64,000 nucleotides of DNA, taken from contig CAWFOM010000005.1 in NCBI GenBank assembly GCA_963817385.1, positions 194,596 to 258,595 on the forward strand, in the 5' to 3' direction. The translations under genes and the position numbers were made by a program. The notes beneath the pieces were generated by a model. It searched no databases, was not told the origin of the DNA, and saw nothing but the letters and a program-made list of their open reading frames with translations. This stretch comes from an uncultured delta proteobacterium (GTDB lineage: Bacteria > Desulfobacterota > Syntrophia > Syntrophales > UBA5619). Positions 1 through 9,261 of this stretch are shown here, one piece after another (position 1 is the first letter of the stretch; the number at the start of each line of letters is the position of its first letter).

Positions 1-650
1 TCCTGCTGTTCGACGAGGTGGTCGGGCACATGCGGGAACGGTTGGCGATACCCGAACCCGGAGAGATCCCTCTGGTGGAGCGGCTCAAGACGTCGGTGCG
101 GGAAGGGGTGGATTACCATCCCTACCTGCCCCGGGAGGACGGCCGTTTGCCGATGTCGGATTTCGGCGGGATACACCGGTACAACGTGACGGGCCTGTTC
201 CATGACATGTGGGGATTCCCCTCGGACAATCCGCAGGTCGTACACGACCTCCTGCGCCACCTGGTGGATAAGATCGAGACCCACGTCGATGAAGTGACGC
301 GCTACAAGGAATATTTTGTCGACGACGCGGAGATGCTCTTGATCTCGTACGGTTCATCGGCGCGTTCGGCGCTGCACGTGGTGATGGATCGCCGCCAGCA
401 CGGGGAGAGGATCGGGCTCCTGGAGCTCCAGACGCTGTGGCCCTTCCCCGCGAACCTGGTGCGGGAGAAGGCGGGGAACGCCCGCTACGTGGTGGTGGTG
501 GAGATGAACATGGGTCAGATTCTGCAGTCGGTCAAGCTGGCTGTGGATAAGCCGGAGCGGATCTTCCTGGCAAATCGTGTGGACGGGGTATTGATTACGC
601 CGGCGGATATACGCAACATTCTGCGGCTGATCCAGGGCAAAGGAGTCTGA
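1..650 (+). CDS. korA: 2-oxoacid (probably 2-oxoglutarate):ferredoxin oxidoreductase alpha subunit, C-terminal part; 5' end lies outside the window
   Basis: The reading frame is open to the window start. The C-terminal region (VVVVEMNMGQILQSVKLAV...) looks like alpha subunits of 2-oxoacid:ferredoxin oxidoreductases. The beta subunit gene follows after 1 nt, then gamma and sucCD. Confidence 0.85.
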   Translation, partial: LLFDEVVGHMRERLAIPEPGEIPLVERLKTSVREGVDYHPYLPREDGRLPMSDFGGIHRYNVTGLFHDMWGFPSDNPQVVHDLLRHLVDKIETHVDEVTRYKEYFVDDAEMLLISYGSSARSALHVVMDRRQHGERIGLLELQTLWPFPANLVREKAGNARYVVVVEMNMGQILQSVKLAVDKPERIFLANRVDGVLITPADIRNILRLIQGKGV

Positions 651-651
651 C

Positions 652-1455
652 ATGGCCGTAAAGGAATACATCCGGGAGAAGTTCTTTCCGCACATCTGGT
701 GCCCGGGCTGCGGACACGGGATCGTGCTCAACGGCCTCCTGCACGCCGTCGAGAACATGGGGTTGAAGAAGAACGACCTCGTGATGGTGTCGGGGATCGG
801 CTGTTCGTCCCGGATTGCCGGATACCTGGATTTCCACACGCTGCACACGATCCACGGGCGGGCGCTGGCGTTCGCCATCGGGGTGAAGATGAGCCGTCCG
901 GAGCTGACGCTCCTGGTGCCGATGGGCGACGGAGATGCATTGTCGATCGGGGGAAACCACTTCATCCATGCGTGCCGGCGGAATATCGATATGACGGCGA
1001 TCGTGATGAACAACCGGGTGTACGGGATGACGGGCGGCCAGTATTCGCCGCTTTCGGGATACGGCACCATGGCGACGACGGCCCCGTATACGAACATCGA
1101 TCAGGAGTTTGACATCGTCAGCATGGCAACGGCTTCCGGGGCGACGTTCGTGGCGCGCACCACGGCGTATCACGTCCAGCAGATGACCGATGTCCTGGAG
1201 GAGGCGATCCGGCACAAGGGATTTTCGGTCGTGGAGGTGATGTCGCCGTGCCCGACCTACTTCGGCAGGAAGAACAAGGAGGGAAGCGCGGTGGACATGA
1301 TGGAGAAGCTCAAGACCACGACCACGCCGATCGGCTCCAAGGCAAAACAGGAGGACCCTTCGCTGATCGAGCGGGGGGTGTTCGTGAAGAAGGAGATGCC
1401 GGAGTACTGTGACGAATATCAGAAGATCATCGAGCGGGCGATGAAGGGGAAGTGA
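652..1455 (+). CDS. korB: 2-oxoacid:ferredoxin oxidoreductase beta subunit (TPP-binding)
   Basis: 267 aa. It has the N-terminal WCPGCGHG motif and the GDGD...GGNH thiamine-PP motif (PMGDGDALSIGGNH) typical of beta subunits. Confidence 0.92.
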   Translation: MAVKEYIREKFFPHIWCPGCGHGIVLNGLLHAVENMGLKKNDLVMVSGIGCSSRIAGYLDFHTLHTIHGRALAFAIGVKMSRPELTLLVPMGDGDALSIGGNHFIHACRRNIDMTAIVMNNRVYGMTGGQYSPLSGYGTMATTAPYTNIDQEFDIVSMATASGATFVARTTAYHVQQMTDVLEEAIRHKGFSVVEVMSPCPTYFGRKNKEGSAVDMMEKLKTTTTPIGSKAKQEDPSLIERGVFVKKEMPEYCDEYQKIIERAMKGK

Positions 1456-1458
1456 GCT

Positions 1459-2004
1459 ATGGAGCGATGCAGGATGGTGTTTTCCGGTTCGGGCGGGCAG
1501 GGGGTGATCACGGCGGCGATCATTCTGGCCGAGGCCGCCGTACTGCATGAAAATCTCGTTGCCGTCCAGTCCCAGTCGTACGGTCCGGAGGCGCGAGGCG
1601 GCGCCACCCGCGCCGATGTCATCATCGCCGAATCCCCGGTCTACTTTCCGAAGGTGATCCAGCCCAATGTCCTGGTGTGTCTGACGCAGCAGGCGTATAC
1701 GAATTATTATTCCATCCTCCGTCCGGGCGGTCTGTTTGTCACCGACAGCCATTACGTCAAGCTGGGCAAGAAAGTGGATGCGCGCCAGGTGGAGCTGCCG
1801 ATGTTCGAGACGGTAATGGCAAAGGTCGGCCGGCCGATCGTTTTCAACATCTGCATGCTCGGAGCGGTGATCGGATTGACGAAGCTGGTCCGGCCCGATT
1901 CCATCATGAAGGTGCTCGAAGCCCAGATTCACCCCGGTTTTCTCGAGATGAACCGGCAGGCCCTCGATATCGGCATGAAACTGGTTGAAGGAATCGGCGA
2001 TTGA
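1459..2004 (+). CDS. korC: 2-oxoacid:ferredoxin oxidoreductase gamma subunit
   Basis: 181 aa with the GSGGQG motif near the N-terminus. It starts 3 nt after korB. Confidence 0.9.
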   Translation: MERCRMVFSGSGGQGVITAAIILAEAAVLHENLVAVQSQSYGPEARGGATRADVIIAESPVYFPKVIQPNVLVCLTQQAYTNYYSILRPGGLFVTDSHYVKLGKKVDARQVELPMFETVMAKVGRPIVFNICMLGAVIGLTKLVRPDSIMKVLEAQIHPGFLEMNRQALDIGMKLVEGIGD

Positions 2005-2256
2005 ATGCGTGTTCATGCATATGAGCCCACCCTTCCCCGGTCAGAATCACCGGGCTTTCATTGGGGGAAGCAACCATGCGCATTCCCGGAACAAATCAGT
2101 ATCTGATGCCCTCAAACAAGTACATTCCCCCCATTTCCATCCCCACCCGAACCCACCCCCATCGAAGAGGAGGAGCGTTCGGACATGGTGCGAAACCGTC
2201 AGAATATCGCCGATACTTGATATTCGGAAGGTGCGCAGGGACCACGGAGGTACGAC

Positions 2257-3420
2257 ATGAAGATCCATGAATACCAGGCAAAGAAACTGTTGCGGGATTA
2301 CGGGATTCCGGTGCCCCGCGGCGAGGTCGCCGCTACCCCGGAGAAGGCGCGCAGGCTCGCGGCTAAGCTGGCAGGACGGACCGTCGTCAAGGCGCAGATC
2401 CACGCCGGCGGCCGGGGGAGGGGCGGCGGCGTGAAACCGGCCGCTTCGCCGGATGAGGCCACTGCGGCCGCCCGGTCGATCCTCGGGATGCAGTTGGTGA
2501 CCCACCAGACGGGTCCGGAGGGGAAGAAGGTGCGCACGGTTCTCGTGGAGGAGGCGTCTGCTCCGCAACGGGAGTTGTACCTGAGCCTGGTAGTGGACCG
2601 ATCGCGGGGGAAGGAGTGCGTGGTGTTCATGGCCTCGGAGGCGGGCGGCATGGACATCGAGCAGGTGGCGGCAACAACCCCGGAGAAGATCGTCAAGTGC
2701 GCGATCCATCCTGCCGTGGGGTTCAGCCCGTTCCAGGCGCGCAAGCTCTCCGTCGGCCTGGGGCTGGACCCGGAACAGGGCCGGGAGTTCGCCCAGATCG
2801 CCCGGAACCTGTACCGGCTCTTCCTGGAGAAGGACTGCTCGCTGGTGGAGATCAACCCGCTGGCGATTACGGAAGCGGGCCGCCTGCTGGCGCTTGACAC
2901 GAAGATCACCTTCGATGATGACGGCCTGTACCGCCATCCCGAGATCCGTGAGCTGCGCGACCCGGACGAAGAGGAGCCGCTGGAGGTCGCCGCCAGGAGC
3001 GCCTCCGTGAACTACATCAAGCTGGACGGAAACGTCGGCTGCATGGTCAACGGGGCGGGACTGGCGATGACGACGATGGATTTGATCAAGATGGCGGGGG
3101 GCGAACCGGCGAACTTTCTCGACGTGGGAGGCAGCGCATCGCCGGAACAGATCGAGAAGGCCTTTCGCATCCTGACATCCGATCCGAGCGTGAAGTGCAT
3201 CCTCGTCAACATCTTCGGCGGGGTGCTGCGGTGCGACCGCGTCTCCGCCGGACTGATCCAGGCGGCGGGAAAGATCGATATGAAGCTGCCGATGGTCGTG
3301 CGGCTCCAGGGGACGAACGTGGAGGAGGGGCGCCGGATGCTCAAGGAGTCCGGGCTCAGCTTTACGGTGGCGGACGGCCTGTACGAGGCGGCCCAGAAGG
3401 CCGTTGCCCTGCTGGGATAG
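2257..3420 (+). CDS. sucC: Succinyl-CoA synthetase (ADP-forming) beta subunit
   Basis: 387 aa with the MKIHEYQAKKLLRDYGIPVP ATP-grasp N-terminus and a full-length SucC-like sequence. A GGAGG RBS lies upstream. Confidence 0.97.
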   Translation: MKIHEYQAKKLLRDYGIPVPRGEVAATPEKARRLAAKLAGRTVVKAQIHAGGRGRGGGVKPAASPDEATAAARSILGMQLVTHQTGPEGKKVRTVLVEEASAPQRELYLSLVVDRSRGKECVVFMASEAGGMDIEQVAATTPEKIVKCAIHPAVGFSPFQARKLSVGLGLDPEQGREFAQIARNLYRLFLEKDCSLVEINPLAITEAGRLLALDTKITFDDDGLYRHPEIRELRDPDEEEPLEVAARSASVNYIKLDGNVGCMVNGAGLAMTTMDLIKMAGGEPANFLDVGGSASPEQIEKAFRILTSDPSVKCILVNIFGGVLRCDRVSAGLIQAAGKIDMKLPMVVRLQGTNVEEGRRMLKESGLSFTVADGLYEAAQKAVALLG

Positions 3421-3457
3421 GTAGTCGCCGTGCGCCAGGGGGCTTCACCGCGGCGCT

Positions 3458-3505
3458 GGACATTTTCCGATCCTGCCCGGCGGCAGGATACCCCGGAAAA
3501 TCTCC
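3458..3505. repeat. REP/MITE-like imperfect palindromic element in the sucC-sucD spacer
   Basis: GGACATTTTCCG-ATCCTGCC-cggc-GGCAGGAT-acc-CCGGAAAATCTCC, followed by CAATGCGCC. The same arms recur at 46091-46211. Confidence 0.6.
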
Positions 3506-3619
3506 AATGCGCCGCCTGCTGAAGCCCCACTGCCACCCGGCTGAAGGTGAAAGTAGTAAAACTACTGAAATGAGTCTTAAGCGGCGGGAAGGTGATTCCC
3601 CAAGTGCTCAAAGGAGATT

Positions 3620-4504
3620 ATGATCATGGCCATATTGCTGGATCGCAATGCGCGCATCGTCATCCAGGGGATCACGGGCTCGGAGGGGAGCTTTCACACC
3701 CGGGAATCGGTGAAGATGGGGACCGCGGTCGTGGCCGGGGTCACGCCCGGCAAGGGCGGAACGGATCTGGACGGCATCCCCGTCTACAACCGGGTCATCG
3801 ATGCGGTGGAAAAGCACGGCGCCAACGTTTCGGGGATCTACACGCCGGCGGCGTTTGCACCCGATGCGATCTTTGAGGCGATCGAGGCGGGGATCGGGCT
3901 CATCGTCTGCATGACGGAGGGTATCCCCGTGCTCGAGATGATCAAGGTCAAGCAGGCGCTCCACGGTTCGGGCAGCCGGCTGATCGGCGCGAACTGTCCG
4001 GGGATCACGACCCCCGGGGTGGGAAAGGTCGGCTTCATGCCCAACTTCATCCACCGGGAGGGGAACGTGGGCGTCGTCTCGCGCAGCGGAACCCTCACCT
4101 ACGAGATGATCTGGCAGCTGACCACCCTGGGGATCGGCCAGTCCACTTCGGTCGGGATCGGCGGGGATCCGATCGCGGGGTCCGGTTTCATCGATATCCT
4201 GGAGCTCTACCAGCAGGATCCGCAGACGGAGGCGATCGTGATGATCGGCGAGATCGGGGGAACGGCGGAAGAGGAGGCGGCGGAGTTCATCCGGAGGCGG
4301 GTGACAAAGCCGGTGGTCTCTTTCATCGCCGGACGGTCTGCCCCCCCGGGGCGGAGGATGGGCCACGCCGGGGCAATCATCTCGGGCGGGAAGGGTACGG
4401 CCGAGGAGAAATTCACGGCCCTGGAGAGGGCCGGCGTCATTGTGGAAAAGAATCCCGCCGAGATCGGCAGTCGCGTGCAGGAGATCCTGAAGGCACGGAA
4501 ATAG
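3620..4504 (+). CDS. sucD: Succinyl-CoA synthetase alpha subunit (start may be the second ATG at 3626)
   Basis: 294 aa with [14 protein letters not shown] and the catalytic His loop [10 protein letters not shown]. An AAGGAG RBS lies at 3611-3616. Confidence 0.97.
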   Translation: MIMAILLDRNARIVIQGITGSEGSFHTRESVKMGTAVVAGVTPGKGGTDLDGIPVYNRVIDAVEKHGANVSGIYTPAAFAPDAIFEAIEAGIGLIVCMTEGIPVLEMIKVKQALHGSGSRLIGANCPGITTPGVGKVGFMPNFIHREGNVGVVSRSGTLTYEMIWQLTTLGIGQSTSVGIGGDPIAGSGFIDILELYQQDPQTEAIVMIGEIGGTAEEEAAEFIRRRVTKPVVSFIAGRSAPPGRRMGHAGAIISGGKGTAEEKFTALERAGVIVEKNPAEIGSRVQEILKARK

Positions 4505-4624
4505 GACGGCGCCTCCTCACACGACGGGAGGCACCGGCACCCGCCTGGCCTCCCCGGCGGCGCGGGTGATCTGCTCCTCGTGGCAAAGCGCACCGCAGCA
4601 GATGAGTGTTTTTTCGACAGCCTG

Positions 4625-5563
4625 TCAGTCGATCTTGATAAAATCGGCTGCCGGCGGCGGACAGGTAAAGAATTCGGACCGTAAAATTCCCGCCCATTGC
4701 GCGTAGATTTTCAGGACCGACGTCGCGTCTTCCTGGTCCCACCCTCGGTACTGGGCCTGGAGCAACAACTGCTGATAGAGTCCTCCCACGGGCAGCATCA
4801 CGCCCAACTGCTTTGCCCGCTCGACGATGAGCCCCATATCCTTGACGGCCACGCTGACCTGTCCCTTGGGAGTAAACCGGCCGGCGAGCATATCCTTTCC
4901 CCTGGCCATGATCAGATCGCTCGAGGCCGCCCCGGTGGTGATGACATCGAGCATGACGGCTGGGTCTAAACCGGCCTTCATGCCCAGCGCCAGCCCTTCG
5001 ACAGCCGCCGCCTCATTGAGATAGAGGATGAGGTTGACGACCAGTTTGAGCATCGCCCCGTCGCCGTGTTTTCCCGCATACACGGTTTTTTTGCCGATCC
5101 GCTCCAGGACCGGCTTGACCTTGTTGAATATCGACTTTTTCCCCCCGGCCATGAAGACCATGTTGCCGACCCGCGCCTGGGCGGAGGAGCCCGAGATGGG
5201 GATATCCATCCAGTCGATTCCCTTGGCGGCCATGGTCTTTGCCATGGCTATCGTTTCCTCCGGAGGGGAGGTGCTCATATCGACGATAATCTGACCCTTG
5301 CGGACGCCCTTCAATATACCGGCCTTTCCCGCGACGACCTCCTGGAGAATCTTCCAGTTCGCCAGGGAGAGGATGATGAGATCCGCGTCTTTGACGGCCT
5401 GTTTGGGAGACGCCGCCGGCTTCATCCCCTGCGGGACGAGATCGGCCATCTGTTTTTTGACAATATCATACCCCGTAACGGAATATCCCGCCTTGAGGAG
5501 CAAGGCGGAAATGGGCGTCCCCATCATTCCCAGACCGATCACCGCAATCCTTTTGATCCCCAT
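4625..5563 (-). CDS. NAD(P)-dependent 3-hydroxyisobutyrate/6-phosphogluconate dehydrogenase-family oxidoreductase
   Basis: 312 aa with the Rossmann motif IAVIGLGMMGTPIS and overall HIBADH-like architecture. It is a paralog of the genes at 46295 and 47187. Confidence 0.85.
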   Translation of the reverse strand: MGIKRIAVIGLGMMGTPISALLLKAGYSVTGYDIVKKQMADLVPQGMKPAASPKQAVKDADLIILSLANWKILQEVVAGKAGILKGVRKGQIIVDMSTSPPEETIAMAKTMAAKGIDWMDIPISGSSAQARVGNMVFMAGGKKSIFNKVKPVLERIGKKTVYAGKHGDGAMLKLVVNLILYLNEAAAVEGLALGMKAGLDPAVMLDVITTGAASSDLIMARGKDMLAGRFTPKGQVSVAVKDMGLIVERAKQLGVMLPVGGLYQQLLLQAQYRGWDQEDATSVLKIYAQWAGILRSEFFTCPPPAADFIKID

Positions 5564-5862
5564 TTCTCACCGCCCGTTTTCGCACGTTTGCCCGGTATCC
5601 TCATTATTATCGCCTCCCGGTAGATGCATCGCCAAATTGAAGATCGAAGGGTGGAAGGCTATGGGAAAAATAACCGCTTGTCAATATGAAAAAAGACCGG
5701 CAGGAAGAGTGGGTTTATGAGGGTAAAAAAACTATTTTCATAAATGGATTTCACACTTGACAAAGCAGAAAATTCCTGTTACCGAAAGGTCCGTTTTGCC
5801 ATTGACAGGCCCTTGCCGCAGCAGGGGGGTGTCGTTTCCTTGAAACTATGCAGGGGGGGTGT

Positions 5863-6171
5863 ATGTTCATCTGGCTTTTTCACCGTATCAGCGGTGCAAC
5901 CCTGATCGTCCTTTTCAGCATCAAGATCCTCACCAGCTATTTTCTCTTCACCAAGGATAAAAAGCCCGACTGGGCCCTCAGCCTGCACCGGAACCCTGTC
6001 CTGGATATCCTGATCCTGATCCTTTTCACCTTTCACAGCCTCTACGGTCTGCGGACCGTAGCGATCGACCTCGGTTACCGGAAAGAAAAGCAACTGTTCT
6101 GGGTCTCGAACATAGCCGCCGCCCTCATCTCCGCGGCATTAATTTTTCTCTACGTAAAGGCTCAATCGTAA
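5863..6171 (+). CDS. sdhC: Succinate dehydrogenase/fumarate reductase membrane anchor, cytochrome b-type, single 3-TM subunit
   Basis: About 102 aa from the ATG at 5863 (G-rich RBS just upstream). It has three hydrophobic helices and the HRISG and FHSLYGLR His motifs reminiscent of SdhC/SdhD heme ligands. Its stop overlaps the sdhA start (TAATG). Confidence 0.65.
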   Translation: MFIWLFHRISGATLIVLFSIKILTSYFLFTKDKKPDWALSLHRNPVLDILILILFTFHSLYGLRTVAIDLGYRKEKQLFWVSNIAAALISAALIFLYVKAQS

Positions 6172-7881
6172 TGATTGCTCACGATATCCTCATCGTCGGC
6201 GGCGGTTTGACAGGGCTTCGGGCGGCCGTCGGCCTGTGCGACCGGTTCAACGTGGGGCTGATCTGCCAAGGTCTACCCGACCCGATCCCACTCCATTGCG
6301 GCGCAGGGAGGCCTCAACGCGGCCCTTACCAACAACCCCGAGAGCCGGGACGATTCCTGGGAAAAACACACCTTCGACACCGTTAAAGGGAGCGATTATC
6401 TTGCCGACCAGGATGCCGTGGAGATCATGTGCAAAGAGGGCATCAAGATCGTCTACGAGATGGAACATTGGGGATGCCCGTTCAGCCGGTTTCCCGACGG
6501 CTCCATCGCCCAGCGCCCCTTCGGCGGCGCCGGCTATCCCCGGACCTGCTACTCCGCGGATATCACCGGCCATGTGCTCCTCAACACCCTCTATGAGCGG
6601 GCCGTGGCAAAAGGGGTCAAGATCTATCCGGAATGGTTCGTCACCTCGCTGTGCATCGAAGAGGGCCTCTGTCACGGCGTCATCGCGCTGGATATTCAAA
6701 AAGGCACACTCATCCCGGTCCGGGCAAAGGAGACCTTCTTCGGCACCGGGGGCTACGGGCGGGTCTTCCAGCAATCCACCAACGCCCTGATCAACACGGG
6801 CGGCGGCATCGGGATGGCCTACAAGGCGGGCGTTCCCCTCAAGGACATGGAGTTCGTCCAGTTCCATCCCACCACGCTCATCGGCACCAACATCCTCATG
6901 TCGGAGGCCTGCCGGGGCGAGGGCGCATACCTGGTCAACAACCAGGGGGAGCGCTTCATGCAGCGCTACGTCCCCACCGCGATGGAGCTGGCGCCGCGGG
7001 ATATCGTCTCCCGGTGCATCCAGACGGAGATCAATGAGGGGCGCGGATTCGACCACCCCCTGGGGAAGCATGTCCATCTCGACCTGCGGCACCTGGGGGC
7101 ACAGAAGATCCTGGAGCGGCTTCCCGGCATCCGGAACATCAGCATCGATTTTCTCGGAATCGATCCCATCACCGACCCGATCCCCATCCAGCCCGGCCAG
7201 CACTACTCCATGGGGGGCATCGACGTCAACGCGCGGTGCGCCTCGGAAGTCCGCGGCTTCTACGCCGGCGGGGAATGCTCCTGCGTCAGCGTCCACGGCG
7301 CCAACCGCCTGGGCGGCAATTCACTCCTGGAAACCATCGTCTTCGGAAAACTGGCGGCGCAGGCGATCGACGAGGATATGACGACGAGCCCGCTGCCCCT
7401 CCCGGATGAAAAACCCCTTCTCCGGCTGAAGGACAAAATAGACGCCAAGATCCGGCGGCTGGCGGAGCCCGGCCGTCAGGAGAAGTACTACCGGATCCAC
7501 GCGGAGCTGGGCGCCACGATGACCGAAAAGGTGGGGGTCTTCCGGACCCGCACGGAGCTGGATGAGGCGCTGCAGGTCCTCATCGGCCTCAAGGAGCGTT
7601 ACCGGAAGGTCGGCATCTCCTCGGCGGTCCGGTACATGAATTACGAACTGATCAATGCCCTGGAGCAGGAGTATATGCTGGAAGTGGCCCATACGATCAT
7701 CCTGGGGGCCATCCTTCGGGAGGAGAGCCGTGGCGCCCACTTCCGGCTGGATTTCAAAACCCGGAACGACCAGGACTGGCTGAAGCACACCATTGCCCGG
7801 ATCGGCCCCGACGGTGAACCGGCGATCTCTTTCAAGGAGGTGACGATGACCCGGTATACGCCCATGGAGAGAAAATATTGA
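6171..7881 (+). pseudogene. sdhA: Succinate dehydrogenase/fumarate reductase flavoprotein subunit, interrupted by a single-base frameshift at about 6264-6265 (a sequencing error is possible)
   Basis: The N-terminus [19 protein letters not shown]...GLI is in frame 0. The conserved continuation (S/A)KVYPTRSHSIAAQGGLNAAL...DAVEIM runs in frame +1 from 6262 and joins the 487-aa ORF 6418-7881. Removing one base from ATCTGCCAAG restores I-S-K-V-Y. Confidence 0.9.
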
Positions 7882-8050
7882 TGACTTCGGAAAAAGCCCA
7901 TAGGCCGCGTTGCGCTTCCCCCCTCGTCGTTGCGGCGTACGAAGCAGTACGCCTCACTCCTCAGGGGTCGCGCGCCTTGCCTCCAGGTCTTTTTGCGAAG
8001 CCATCTGCCGCTGCCGGCTGTCTTGCGAAATTATTGGGGAGGCAGGAATA

Positions 8051-8794
8051 TTGATCAAGGCGAGTGCATACACCTTCAAGATTCTCCGGTATGACGCGCA
8101 GGACCCGGGAAGCGAACCCCGTTTTGCGACCTACCGGATCAGTGTCATCCCGGGACTCACGGTGTTGGCGGTCCTGAACCGGATCCGCGATGAGATCGAC
8201 GGGACGCTCGCTTTCAGGTCCTCCTGCCGGTCCGCCGTCTGCGGCTCCTGCGGTATGGTGATCAACGGGAAGATCGATCTCGCCTGCCGGACCCAGGTCG
8301 CCGCCTTCGGTACCGATACGATCATCCTGGAACCCCTGCCCAATCTCGAGGTGATCCGGGACCTGGTCGTCGACCTGACGCCGTTCTGGCGGATGTACGA
8401 GAAGATCCAGCCCTATCTGATCCGGAAGAGCCCCGCCCCCGAAAAGGAGATCCTCCAGAGCGAGGCGGAGCGTCAGCGGATCGACCAGTTCGTCAACTGT
8501 ATCCTCTGCGCCTGCTGCTACGGCGCCTGTCCGGTCCTCGCGAGAGAACCGGACTATGTGGGCCCGGCAGCGGCGGCCAAGCTGGAGCGGTTCGTCCTGG
8601 ATTCGCGGGATGAGCGGTCCGGCGAAGCCCTGGGGATCGTCAACGATGAGAGGGGCGTCTGGGCCTGCGACACGGTATTTCGCTGCATCGACGCCTGCCC
8701 GAAGGATGTGCGGCCCACCGATGCCATCGTGGGTCTTCGGAAAGCGATCGTGAAAAACCGTTTTCAAAAGATGCTGGGGAAAAGCGAACCATGA
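8051..8794 (+). CDS. sdhB: Succinate dehydrogenase/fumarate reductase iron-sulfur subunit (TTG start inferred)
   Basis: All three Cys clusters are present: CRSAVCGSCGMVINGKIDLAC, CILCACCYGACP and CDTVFRCIDACP. There is no in-frame ATG before the conserved YTFKILRY. The TTG at 8051 lies 8 nt after a GGGGAGG RBS. Confidence 0.85.
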   Translation: MIKASAYTFKILRYDAQDPGSEPRFATYRISVIPGLTVLAVLNRIRDEIDGTLAFRSSCRSAVCGSCGMVINGKIDLACRTQVAAFGTDTIILEPLPNLEVIRDLVVDLTPFWRMYEKIQPYLIRKSPAPEKEILQSEAERQRIDQFVNCILCACCYGACPVLAREPDYVGPAAAAKLERFVLDSRDERSGEALGIVNDERGVWACDTVFRCIDACPKDVRPTDAIVGLRKAIVKNRFQKMLGKSEP

Positions 8795-9261
8795 AACTTG
8801 ACTATTCCCTCATCACGAGGAGGACCTTTCTCAATACGCTCTTCGGCGGCTGGCTCGTCGCCTTCTTCTCCGGGACGATCTTCGCCCTGATGCGATTCGC
8901 CTTCCCCACCCTGGGCAAGGAGCCGGACTTCGTCGTCCTCAACCGGAGCGATTTTCTGGATCTGAAGAACAATTCGATCAAACGATTCCCCTGGGGCGGT
9001 ACGGTCGGGTTCTATTTCAAAAAGGCCGACGGCAGCATCCTGGCGCTCAAGGGCGTCTGCAGCCACATGGAATGCAACGTGGACTACAAACCGGCGGAGA
9101 AAAAGTTTTACTGCCCCTGCCATCAGGGATGGTTCGACGAAAACGGCAAGAACATCGCCGGGCCGCCCCCCAAACCACTCGAGATCTTCGTGATCACGGA
9201 GGAGGGTGAAAAGCTGATCATCGCCAGGAAGGGGGTCAAGGTTGAACTGCCCAAGGCTTAA
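8791..9261 (+). CDS. Rieske [2Fe-2S] protein of a cytochrome bc/b6f-type complex, with a twin-arginine signal
   Basis: 156 aa with a TRRTFL Tat-like motif plus a TM helix. The Rieske boxes CSHMEC and CPCHQG are present. Its ATG overlaps the sdhB stop (ATGA). Confidence 0.88.
   Translation: MKLDYSLITRRTFLNTLFGGWLVAFFSGTIFALMRFAFPTLGKEPDFVVLNRSDFLDLKNNSIKRFPWGGTVGFYFKKADGSILALKGVCSHMECNVDYKPAEKKFYCPCHQGWFDENGKNIAGPPPKPLEIFVITEEGEKLIIARKGVKVELPKA

Noticed and set aside
595-2016. A 473-aa ORF on the minus strand, spanning korA-korB-korC
   Set aside because: It is antisense to three genes with clear family motifs. Its translation is Arg/His/Asp/Gly-rich low-complexity sequence with no recognisable domain, which is a typical shadow ORF in GC-rich DNA. 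The same reasoning applies to 354-1097(-), 2047-2937(-), 3608-4366(-), 6247-7296(-) and 7961-8767(-).
2005-2256. The C-rich 252-nt korC-sucC spacer (CCCCCCATTTCCATCCCCACCCGAACCCACCCCCATCG) and its short ORFs (1985-2260, 2061-2270)
   Set aside because: The ORFs are low-complexity (His/Pro-rich) with no RBS. The C-tracts might pair with G-rich RBS sequences, but I cannot support a specific regulatory structure. Only a weak hairpin (CCCGGT-n7-ACCGGG at about 2037-2055) is visible.
6258-6272. Programmed +1 ribosomal frameshifting or other recoding in sdhA (and at the other frame breaks)
   Set aside because: There is no slippery heptamer, no rare or stop codon at the shift site, and no downstream stimulatory structure shared among the sites. 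The sites have unrelated sequence contexts. Error or mutation is the simpler explanation.
7910-8050. The N-terminal 47 codons of track ORF 7910-8794 as part of sdhB
   Set aside because: The segment (MRFPPRRCGVRSSTPHSS...) runs through the repeat-like sdhA-sdhB spacer and does not resemble SdhB. Conserved sequence begins at YTFKILRY, and a TTG with a GGGGAGG RBS at 8051 gives a normal-length protein.
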